In this document: piece by piece, positions 29,757 to 38,299 of the stretch
Layout: each line of letters opens with the position of its first letter
Numbering within the stretch: the first letter of the stretch is position 1
Program-made: the position numbers and the translations under genes
The notes under the pieces: model-generated
Databases searched by the model: none
What the model was told of the DNA's origin: nothing
Seen by the model: only the letters and a program-made list of their open reading frames with translations
Assembly: GCA_001805965.1 (NCBI GenBank)
Contig: MHHG01000057.1
Span: 85,975-149,974, forward strand
DNA: 64,000 nucleotides
Origin: Omnitrophica WOR_2 bacterium RIFOXYA2_FULL_38_17
GTDB taxonomy: Bacteria; Omnitrophota; Gorgyraeia; Zapsychrales; Zapsychraceae
Reading direction: 5' to 3'

Positions 29757-30831
29757 ATACTTTTAATGTACGTTCGATCATTCTTACTGATGAATAATTT
29801 AACAATGCATATTCCCTAGCAGCTTTACCTAGATTTTGGGCAAGCTGTGCATCTTCAACCAGCCTTATAATCGCATCAGCTAAAGCCTCAACGTTTTCAG
29901 GTTCGACCAATAAGCCGGTTTTGTTATCCTCTATCAAAGATGGTATTCCTCCTATCCTGGATCCAATAACAGCCAATCCGCAGGCCTGGGCCTCCATAAC
30001 AGACAATCCCAACCCTTCCATACGCGATGGCGCGACAAAAACATCAAGAGCGCTCATACACTCAGATGGCCTGCTTAGAGTAGGATTAAAGACGACACTA
30101 TCTTGTATCAACAGCTTCTTAACTTTTTCTTTTAGCAAACCCTCAAGCTTACCCTGTCCAAAAAGAACTAATCTTACATTCGGATTTTTTTTTAGAACAT
30201 ATGGCATAGCCTCAACAAGTATATCCTGCCCCTTAACATCAGATAAACGTGCAACCATTCCAACCAAAATCCCTTCTTTCAGCCCAAACCCTTTTTTTCT
30301 TTCCATCTTAGTAGCTTGATCGACAACTTTAAACTTATCAAGATCAATACCACTCGTCACTAAAATAACTTTATCTTTTATTACTTTAAGATCATCAACT
30401 AAATGAGCAACTACTGCGTCGCTAATTGCCACTACAGAATCTCCCCAGCACGGGAAGAGCTTTCTTGAAATCCTTGGCTTAAAATACCCGTGGCAAGTTG
30501 AAACATAAGGCTTTTTTGTTATCTTCTCAAGCAAATAACCCATGACCTGCGTCACTCTTGTCTGCGCATGAATGATTTCTATTCCATTTTCCTTAATATA
30601 ATCTGCTATCTTTCTTAAATTAAAATAAATCCTGGGGCTAAGCTCTGATTTTGTGCGTATATCAACATTAAATAATAGTGCACCAACATCTCTGAAAGAA
30701 TCTTCCGCATCACCTCCGCATGAAACAATATGAACTTGATGGCCTCTTTCAACAAAGCCCTTTGTCAAAGTATGCAAATATGCTGTAATGCCTCCGGTGT
30801 TAAGATGTGTTGTTATAAATAATATTTTCAT
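29734..30831 (-). CDS. GT4-family (GT-B, RfaG/WaaG-like) glycosyltransferase
   Basis: The GT4 N-terminus MKILFITTHLNTGGITAY and the C-terminal E-X7-E region (SRMEGLGLSVMEAQACG). Confidence 0.75.
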   Translation of the reverse strand: MKILFITTHLNTGGITAYLHTLTKGFVERGHQVHIVSCGGDAEDSFRDVGALLFNVDIRTKSELSPRIYFNLRKIADYIKENGIEIIHAQTRVTQVMGYLLEKITKKPYVSTCHGYFKPRISRKLFPCWGDSVVAISDAVVAHLVDDLKVIKDKVILVTSGIDLDKFKVVDQATKMERKKGFGLKEGILVGMVARLSDVKGQDILVEAMPYVLKKNPNVRLVLFGQGKLEGLLKEKVKKLLIQDSVVFNPTLSRPSECMSALDVFVAPSRMEGLGLSVMEAQACGLAVIGSRIGGIPSLIEDNKTGLLVEPENVEALADAIIRLVEDAQLAQNLGKAAREYALLNYSSVRMIERTLKVYEKNISG

Positions 30832-30843
30832 TGATTTTTTTGC

Positions 30844-32937
30844 CTAGCTCATTAGATATTTAATCTCTTTCATGACTTCTTCCGGAGAGATATCATCAAT
30901 ACATGCATGCGACAAAATCTTACAATAACCTGAATAACACGGGGCACAATTCAGCTTTTTATCCAGGACAACATACTTCTTTGCCGGCGGAAGATGCCTT
31001 TCAGCATCGGTCGGCCCAAAAAACGCGATAAAAGGTGTACCAACTGCTGCTGCAACATGCATCGGAGCTGAATCAGGCGTAACAAAAACCTTACATTGTT
31101 TTATCAATGCTGCCAGTTGCATGATATCCGTCTTTCCCACAAAAATTGCGGGCTTTGATTTTGTCAATGACAACAATTTCTGAGCCAATTCCCTATCATG
31201 ATCCATGCCTGTAATGATCACCCGTATATTACTGGCCGTAAGAAGATCGCACAATTTTGCGATATAATCGATAGGCCAATTTTTTGTCTGCCATTTTGCG
31301 GATGCAGCAATATTAATACCTACGATATTCGTTGCGTTGCCCATCCATTCTGAATCAAAAAGTTGCCTCGCATGCTGTTTATCCTTTGCAGATAACCACA
31401 GTTCAAGATATGAATTCTCGTTATAATTAATATCAAGCTTGCTTAAGATCTGAAACTGCTGCTTTATTGCCGGGACTTCTTTTATATAGTTCTTTACAGG
31501 ATGAGATAAAAGAAACCCGTATTTCCCATTATTAAATCCATAACTTTCATTAGGAAAACTTAAGAAGCTCAATAAGTGACTAGTTCCATTATTTTGAAAA
31601 TCAATAATCTTATCGAATCTATACTTCCGTAACTTGCTAGCCAATTTTAAGAATTTAAGCGGCCCTCTGTCTTTATGCTTTTTGTCATAAACTATTAATC
31701 CATCCAAATACGGGCAATTATGAAGAATCTTGCGTGCCTCATTGCCAACCAAACAATGTATCCTTGCTTTGGGAAATTTCTTCCTTAGAGCTTTTAACGA
31801 CGGCGTAACCATAACAACATCACCAACTGAGCTCATTTTGATAACCAGAATATTCATCGACCTTAACAGCTCTTCATAAACTTCAATGGTCTTAGTTGCC
31901 ATCTGGTCAAGAGTATACTTTTCCTGCAGCTTTTTTTTTGCTTCGACAGAAAATCTTGCAGCAAGAGTTTTATCATTAAGCAATCTCAAAACAGCTTTTG
32001 CCATGGACTCTGTATCCTTAGGCATGACAAGCAATCCTGTTTTGTCATCATCAATGATATCAACAACTCCACCGACTTTTGTGGCAACAACCGGGACACC
32101 TACCGCTTGCGCTTCGATTATTACCCTTCCAAAAGACTCTTGAGTGATCGTTGCAAGGACAAGAACATCAACCTTTGATAGAAGCTCAGGCACATCACTT
32201 CTATTCCCCAAAAACTCAACATTATCCTTTATGCCAAGCCTTTTGACCAGAACCTCTAATTCTCTTTTGTATGATTCTTTTTTAGCCGGGACATCCCCGA
32301 TAATCTGTATCTTTAAATAAGGGTTTGAACGCACAACCGTAGCCATCGCCTTTAAGAAATAAATGTGACCTTTCAGAGGGGTTATCCTTCCGACTATAGC
32401 AACAACTTTATCCGGACTCCCCTTCGCAAATTCTTTTTGCACTTTGAATTTATCAAGGTCAACACTTCTGGGAATGCACCTTATACTTCTCGACTGTACC
32501 TTATAATCATCTATCATATGCCGCCCAATTACCTCACTTGGCACAATAATCAATTTTGCCCAACCCATAACCTGGCTGAAAAATCGGTTCTTATAATAAC
32601 CATGGCAAGTAGTGATAAAAGAGGCGTTTGTTTTGCGCGTAGCAAAATAGGCTATCCACGCCGGAACTCTCGAACGCGCATGAACAATATCAATCTTTTC
32701 TTTGCGGATTATTTTCCGAAGAGACTTGATGGAATTATAAATTGTTAACAGGGATTTTTTATGAACAGGCAATACATAGTGCTTGGCACCTGCTGATTCG
32801 AGCTGTTTTACCAGTTCGCCTCCGTTAGAAACAACTACTGAATAGTGACCCTTCTCAACTAAATATTTTGCAAGGTCTACAGTACCAGTTTCAACTCCCC
32901 CAACATTCAACTCTGGAAGTATTTGCAATATTTTCAT
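30844..32937 (-). CDS. Two-domain glycosyltransferase: N-terminal GT4 fused to C-terminal GT9 heptosyltransferase-like domain
   Basis: The N-terminal half (~1-360) is paralogous to the upstream GT4 (MKILQILPELNVGGVETGT...; EGFGRVIIEAQAVG). The C-terminal half carries GT9 signatures (VIKMSSVGDVVMVTP; DSAPMHVAAAVGTPFIAFFGPT). Confidence 0.75.
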   Translation of the reverse strand: MKILQILPELNVGGVETGTVDLAKYLVEKGHYSVVVSNGGELVKQLESAGAKHYVLPVHKKSLLTIYNSIKSLRKIIRKEKIDIVHARSRVPAWIAYFATRKTNASFITTCHGYYKNRFFSQVMGWAKLIIVPSEVIGRHMIDDYKVQSRSIRCIPRSVDLDKFKVQKEFAKGSPDKVVAIVGRITPLKGHIYFLKAMATVVRSNPYLKIQIIGDVPAKKESYKRELEVLVKRLGIKDNVEFLGNRSDVPELLSKVDVLVLATITQESFGRVIIEAQAVGVPVVATKVGGVVDIIDDDKTGLLVMPKDTESMAKAVLRLLNDKTLAARFSVEAKKKLQEKYTLDQMATKTIEVYEELLRSMNILVIKMSSVGDVVMVTPSLKALRKKFPKARIHCLVGNEARKILHNCPYLDGLIVYDKKHKDRGPLKFLKLASKLRKYRFDKIIDFQNNGTSHLLSFLSFPNESYGFNNGKYGFLLSHPVKNYIKEVPAIKQQFQILSKLDINYNENSYLELWLSAKDKQHARQLFDSEWMGNATNIVGINIAASAKWQTKNWPIDYIAKLCDLLTASNIRVIITGMDHDRELAQKLLSLTKSKPAIFVGKTDIMQLAALIKQCKVFVTPDSAPMHVAAAVGTPFIAFFGPTDAERHLPPAKKYVVLDKKLNCAPCYSGYCKILSHACIDDISPEEVMKEIKYLMS

Positions 32938-33011
32938 TTATAGAACTCAACATTATTAAAACGAATAATTTTTTTAGTTAAGCAATCTTGGACATAAGAT
33001 CATTTTGCCAC

Positions 33012-35015
33012 CTAAACAATTTCTCTTACAGCTTCAAGAATGATCTTATTATCGTTAATTGCTCTTGTTTGAAGCTTGTTCTTTGCAACTCCAAGAATCG
33101 AGTTACCAATATTTTTAACATCCGTTGACAATATATAGCCCTGCTCATTAAGGATTTCGACGATCAATTTGTGTTTATTGTATATCTTTAGGAATTTTGC
33201 CCTTGTTTCAGGCAAGAATACAATAGTCTTCTTTCCTGATGAGGCTGCCTCGCTAATCATTGAAATGCTGTCCCCGGAAACAACAACAATATCAGATAAT
33301 CCCAGAATGCCACCCACAGCCTCAGGAACATTATCCTGGTTCGCTATTATTAATAAAGGACAGACAATATTTTTCTTAAGTTCCCTGTACAGCATTTGTT
33401 CTATTCTGGAAGGAGTTCTTCTTGACGTAGTAACCAAAAGTGAGGCTTTTAGGTCCTTTGCGACATTTTTAATCTGGTTTATAAGTACTCTTATCTGGTT
33501 CTCGCTAATAAAAACATTGTTTGAATCACCACCCACGAACAAACCGATCTTTACACGCACATTTTCTTTCAGATGAGAGTATCTTTTTTCTAGGAGCGCA
33601 GATTGCTCAGCAAGATATTCTTTTGTAATTAAGTTGGGAGCCGCTTTTGTAATAGCCATTCTTGCTTTTAGATCTTTCTTCTCGGGCTCATCATGCTGTG
33701 GCAAAACAACCAGATCAAAACGGTTAAATCTTAAAAGGCCTGGTTTTAGGACTACAATGCTCTTTGCATTATGGTCCTTAGATACTAAACTATTTAACCC
33801 TGCGATAGAAGATCCACAAGAAATAAAAAAGTCTGCTTTCACTGACATGATCTCATCAAAAGATTCTTGCGTAAGGAACCAATTTAAAAAGTCCAATCTG
33901 CCCTGGTAAATAAACGAATGCAAGAAAACCGTCAGCAGGGAAAACAGCCTGGCCGGGTATTTGCCCTTAAAATTTACACTGATTATCTGAGAGGTGGCTT
34001 CAACATCCCTTTCAGCAAGAGCTTTCTGCACCATCTTGGCTACGGTTTCCGACTGCCTTAAATGGCCTGTTTTTCCGTCGAATAAAATTGCGATATTTGT
34101 CTTATTAGAATACTTCCAGATCTTGTAGAACCACATATATTCACTGGGATACTTGCATATAAATCCTTCCATCTTCTTTGTGACTTTACTCAAACTCTCA
34201 AAGACATCCTTTTCAGTATCACCCGTATCAACAAGATCAAGGGGTTTATCAATGATCATTTTGTGATACGCACCTTTTTGCCTGATAACAACTGCAAAGC
34301 ATATTGGGACACCCAGCTTCAGACCTAAACGAATTGCACCAACGGACATTGAAGCAGGCCTACCAAAAAATGGAACCAGCATACCATCACGGCCGCCTTG
34401 ATCTACGACCATCCCGACAACTTCATTTTTCTTTATGCTCTTAACAAAATCTCTTGTCCCAGCTCCCCGGGATAAAACAACTGAGCCGCCACATGATCTA
34501 TACGTGTTAAGAAGATCGTCGAGTTTTGAATACTTGGGCTGAGGCTTCACCATGACCTTATAAGGGAATTGAAGCATTGCACATGAAAGGCTCGCCATCT
34601 CCCAGCTGCCAAAATGCATTGCCAGCAATATCAGCCCTTTTCCTTCTTTAAGAGAATTTTCAATATTCTCTTTTCCCTCAACCGAGACATATTTTTCAAA
34701 CCTCTTGCTATTCATCAAAGGCATCCTAAACAATTCAATAAAATTCTGACCATAGTTCAAAAATAGCTCTTTCGTTATATTCCTTATCTCATAAGGAGAT
34801 TTGCTATCTGCAAAGGCCATCTTTAGGTTCGCATATGCCTGTCCCTTGTGCTTTGCATCAAAGTAATATGCAACTATCCCGATAAACTTGCCTATTAATA
34901 AACTTAGCCACAACGGCAAGATCCTCACAATAAACCCGAATATCTTAAGACTGTAATAAATTATCGATTCTTTCAAAAATCTTTTCCTTTCCTTCGATGA
35001 ATTGAAGGCCAACAT
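33012..35015 (-). CDS. lpxL: Fusion of lipid A late acyltransferase (LpxL/HtrB family) with a C-terminal ELM1/DUF1022-like GT-B domain
   Basis: N-terminus has a TM helix plus the LpxL-like HFGSWE catalytic motif and a VDQ motif. C-terminal ~350 aa has ELM1-family features (IGLFVGGDS...LVTTSRRTP...VSGDSISMISEA). The 5' end overlaps lpxK by 71 bp. Confidence 0.65.
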   Translation of the reverse strand: MLAFNSSKERKRFLKESIIYYSLKIFGFIVRILPLWLSLLIGKFIGIVAYYFDAKHKGQAYANLKMAFADSKSPYEIRNITKELFLNYGQNFIELFRMPLMNSKRFEKYVSVEGKENIENSLKEGKGLILLAMHFGSWEMASLSCAMLQFPYKVMVKPQPKYSKLDDLLNTYRSCGGSVVLSRGAGTRDFVKSIKKNEVVGMVVDQGGRDGMLVPFFGRPASMSVGAIRLGLKLGVPICFAVVIRQKGAYHKMIIDKPLDLVDTGDTEKDVFESLSKVTKKMEGFICKYPSEYMWFYKIWKYSNKTNIAILFDGKTGHLRQSETVAKMVQKALAERDVEATSQIISVNFKGKYPARLFSLLTVFLHSFIYQGRLDFLNWFLTQESFDEIMSVKADFFISCGSSIAGLNSLVSKDHNAKSIVVLKPGLLRFNRFDLVVLPQHDEPEKKDLKARMAITKAAPNLITKEYLAEQSALLEKRYSHLKENVRVKIGLFVGGDSNNVFISENQIRVLINQIKNVAKDLKASLLVTTSRRTPSRIEQMLYRELKKNIVCPLLIIANQDNVPEAVGGILGLSDIVVVSGDSISMISEAASSGKKTIVFLPETRAKFLKIYNKHKLIVEILNEQGYILSTDVKNIGNSILGVAKNKLQTRAINDNKIILEAVREIV

Positions 35016-36018
35016 CTAAAGATAACACTGTTAGGCTTTCATCAAACAGATCCAACATCCCTTCAATTTTCACCGCATCTTTTTGTGTTGTAACTATTAT
35101 ATTGGTTCTTGAGCAGCTGTCCTGATCCTGAATTCTGGCAATATCCCTTTTGTCATACACATGATGATCAATAAAATTATCGCTTTTAATAATATTGGCC
35201 CCTAAAATCTCAAGGATCTCAACAAAGGATCTCGGATCTCCTATTCCACAGAAAGTAATAATTCTCTTTTCATTAATAGAGACAGTTTCTTTTTTTTGGC
35301 CTGTTCTAAGGTCAGTAAATCCTACCGGAGAATGTATAGCTTTTACTATATCAGCCTTAGGATTAATTCCTGCAAGTTTATCAATAATGCCATTTACATT
35401 CTTTGCGCCCAAGTCTGCCTTTGTGATAACGAACATATCCGCTCTTTTTAAAGAGCCTAACTTCTCCCGGAGAAATCCTCTGGGAATCAAAAATCCATTT
35501 CCCCATGGGTTCATAGCATCAATGCATACAATATTTAAATCTCTGTGCAACCGCCATCTTTGAAATCCGTCATCAAGGATAAAAACATCTGCATCATCAG
35601 TTTTCAAATATCTTTTGGCATTCTCAAACCTGTTTGCCCCGACAAGGACAGGGACATCTTCCAGTGCTCTTTCAAGCATTCTAGCTTCATCTTTAGCTTG
35701 TGATTCGTCATTTGAAATACTGTCTTTATATCCTCGGTTTAAAATAACAGGCTTTTTTTTATTTGCTCTCAGTTCTCTTGCAATAACCTCAACCAAAGGG
35801 GTTTTACCGACGCCACCTAAAGTAATATTGCCGACACTAATGACTTTCCTATTTAAGCGATTAACTTTTAAAATGCCTTTTTCATAAAAAGCACAGACCG
35901 TGCTTGCCAAAAATCCATATACGATCGAGACCACCCATAAGAAACATTTCAATATCCGGACGAAGAAGCCATCAACCTTGTCCGTAATAACTAATAAAAA
36001 ATATTCTTTAATGCTCAC
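34945..36018 (-). CDS. lpxK: Tetraacyldisaccharide 4'-kinase
   Basis: P-loop GNITLGGVGKTP. 357 aa. waaA-lpxK coupling with a 4 bp overlap. Confidence 0.85.
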   Translation of the reverse strand: MSIKEYFLLVITDKVDGFFVRILKCFLWVVSIVYGFLASTVCAFYEKGILKVNRLNRKVISVGNITLGGVGKTPLVEVIARELRANKKKPVILNRGYKDSISNDESQAKDEARMLERALEDVPVLVGANRFENAKRYLKTDDADVFILDDGFQRWRLHRDLNIVCIDAMNPWGNGFLIPRGFLREKLGSLKRADMFVITKADLGAKNVNGIIDKLAGINPKADIVKAIHSPVGFTDLRTGQKKETVSINEKRIITFCGIGDPRSFVEILEILGANIIKSDNFIDHHVYDKRDIARIQDQDSCSRTNIIVTTQKDAVKIEGMLDLFDESLTVLSLDVGLQFIEGKEKIFERIDNLLQS

Positions 36019-37304
36019 TTTAGCTCCACCATATTTGATCCTATCAAAATATCTCTTATGAATTTAAAAGTCCTATCTGTTGCACCTTGTGATTTTTTTA
36101 CAGCTTTTTGCGCCCTTAAACCAATTTCATATGATTTCTGGTCATCCTTTAGCAGCTCTTTCATCACTTCAAACATTTCATTTTTATCATTCACCTGCAG
36201 CAGTGCTTTTTCACTCAATAAAAACCTGACCGCATCCTTAAAATTTTCAGTCCTGGGCCCAATAATTGTAGGCTTACCATAACCTGCCGGCTCTATCATA
36301 TTCTGGCCTCCGCCAACAGCAAAAGATTTGCCAACAAAGACTATCTTTGATAACACATAAAACTTGCGCAAGTATCCGATCTTGTCAACGACAAGGACTT
36401 TATCTTTTTCTTTTGCCATGTCAAAATTATTCGAGAACAATACAGCTTTCAATCCATTATTTTCAATGACTCTAACAACCTCTTCTGAACGTTCAATATG
36501 TCTTGGCACTATTACCAGCCGTAAATCCTTAAACTCGCGTAAAAGTTTCTTATAAACGTCCACAATCAATTCTTCTTCTGTTGGATGAGTGCTTCCAGCA
36601 ACAAGCAATTTATCTTCTTTTTTATACCCACACAAGCAAGAAACATCTTCAATATTACCATCAAAGCCATCAAATTTTAAATTACCAACCATATGCACTT
36701 TATCCTTTCCAGCACCTAAAGAGATAATTCTAGAACAGTCCATTTCACTCTGCATACAGAAAACTTTAACACAAGAAAGCACATTCCTTGTCAAAAAATT
36801 CATTCTCTTATATCCCCTTAAAGCCTTGTCAGATATCCTGCCATTAACCTGAACGATAGGAACACCTGAATCAGAAAGGCCCGTATAAAGATTAGGCCAA
36901 AGTTCGGTTTCAGCTGCAATATATAATTTTGGCCTAATTTGAGAGATGTATTTCTTGACGATTAAACTGAAATCTAATGGAGCATAAATAACTTCAATAT
37001 CTTTTCCCAGCTTCTCTTTTGCCAGGTCATTGCCAGTTTTGGTAACCGTTGAGAATATTATCTTATAATCTTTAAAATTTATCTTTATTCTTGCGACAAG
37101 TTCTAAAACCGTTAATACTTCCCCTACACTGACTGCATGAATCCATATACATTTACGCTTATCATTCCTCAGCGAACCTTTAAGCTCTTTGGGAAAAACC
37201 CCAAACCTCATCCAAAACCCACAATGCCATTTGCGTTTTAAAAGAAGATACGGAAAATAAATAAGGGCGAATATAAGAAAAATTATGTCATAAATAATTA
37301 TCAT
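36015..37304 (-). CDS. waaA: 3-deoxy-D-manno-octulosonic acid (KDO) transferase
   Basis: N-terminal membrane anchor, then the WIHAVSVGE motif typical of KdtA/WaaA. 429 aa. Confidence 0.85.
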   Translation of the reverse strand: MIIIYDIIFLIFALIYFPYLLLKRKWHCGFWMRFGVFPKELKGSLRNDKRKCIWIHAVSVGEVLTVLELVARIKINFKDYKIIFSTVTKTGNDLAKEKLGKDIEVIYAPLDFSLIVKKYISQIRPKLYIAAETELWPNLYTGLSDSGVPIVQVNGRISDKALRGYKRMNFLTRNVLSCVKVFCMQSEMDCSRIISLGAGKDKVHMVGNLKFDGFDGNIEDVSCLCGYKKEDKLLVAGSTHPTEEELIVDVYKKLLREFKDLRLVIVPRHIERSEEVVRVIENNGLKAVLFSNNFDMAKEKDKVLVVDKIGYLRKFYVLSKIVFVGKSFAVGGGQNMIEPAGYGKPTIIGPRTENFKDAVRFLLSEKALLQVNDKNEMFEVMKELLKDDQKSYEIGLRAQKAVKKSQGATDRTFKFIRDILIGSNMVELK

Positions 37305-37310
37305 TAAAGA

Positions 37311-38171
37311 TCATGCTCTTGGATGTGATTTATCATAAATTTTTTTTAATCTATCAGTTGTCACATGTGTATATATCTGGGTTGTCGAAAGGTTCACATG
37401 GCCTAGCAACTCCTGAACAGAACGAAGGTCTGCTCCCCTGTCCAGCAAATGAGTTGCAAAAGAATGCCTGAGCGTATGAGGAGATATATTCTTTGTCGCG
37501 CTTACATTTAAAATATGCTTGTTCACAATATTCCTAACACTTCTATCTGTTAAACGTCCACCGTTCTTATTTAAGAACAAGGCTCTAGATTGATGTTTTC
37601 GGCTATCTATATAATCTTTAATGACAAGCAACGCAGTATTACCGATCGGGACTAATCTTTCCTTCTTACCTTTGCCCAACACCTTAGCAATATTGCCTAT
37701 CATGTCAACGCTATCAACATCCAATCCGACCAATTCACTAACCCTTATCCCGGTTGAGTACAAAGTTTCTAATATAGCTTTATCTCTCTTGCCAAATATA
37801 TTGTCCGAAGAAGGGGTCTCAACAAATTTTACCGCTTCCTCCTCAGATAAGAACTTCGGCAAAACTTTATCCAATTTAGGTGACATTAAAAGAGTGGCGG
37901 GATTATTCTTTATCAAGCCTTCCCTATGCAGGAATTTAAAGAAACTCCTGATAGCTGATAATTTTCTTGAAATAGTTCTTGGCCTGAAATTTTTTGTTCT
38001 AAGCTGCGCTAAAAACCTTCTCAATGCGATATAATCAATTTTCTCAAGAGGCGACTTGCCCTGAAACTCAATAAAATCCTCTAGATCCAATCTATAATTC
38101 AAGATAGTATGATCAGAATAGTTTTTTTCTATTTCTAAATAGGAAAGGAATTTATCTAAGTATCTGTTCAT
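37311..38171 (-). CDS. XerC/XerD-family tyrosine site-specific recombinase
   Basis: C-terminal catalytic HTLRHSFATHLL...LLGH...TQIYTH with the terminal Tyr. 286 aa. dprA-topA-xer synteny. Confidence 0.8.
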   Translation of the reverse strand: MNRYLDKFLSYLEIEKNYSDHTILNYRLDLEDFIEFQGKSPLEKIDYIALRRFLAQLRTKNFRPRTISRKLSAIRSFFKFLHREGLIKNNPATLLMSPKLDKVLPKFLSEEEAVKFVETPSSDNIFGKRDKAILETLYSTGIRVSELVGLDVDSVDMIGNIAKVLGKGKKERLVPIGNTALLVIKDYIDSRKHQSRALFLNKNGGRLTDRSVRNIVNKHILNVSATKNISPHTLRHSFATHLLDRGADLRSVQELLGHVNLSTTQIYTHVTTDRLKKIYDKSHPRA

Positions 38172-38299
38172 TTCTAAAAAACAAAAGTTATTAAAAACGA
38201 TCTATGAAGGGTTTAATATTAATATTAACATTAATATTAAATATATCTAGAATTATTCTAACACTTAGAAATTGCCCTACATACAAAAATTATATAATA

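Noticed and set aside
37311-38171. A tyrosine recombinase next to the LPS island could mark an integrative mobile element or genomic island boundary
   Set aside because: It has XerC/XerD-type catalytic motifs and sits in the widely conserved dprA-topA-xer arrangement. No flanking direct repeats, tRNA target, phage, transposase or conjugation genes are present.
38200-38260. Possible dif site (Xer target) next to the xer gene
   Set aside because: Only loose AT-rich resemblance. It lacks the conserved GC-rich left arm of dif (GGTGCGCATAA-like). dif sites normally lie at the terminus, not beside xerC.
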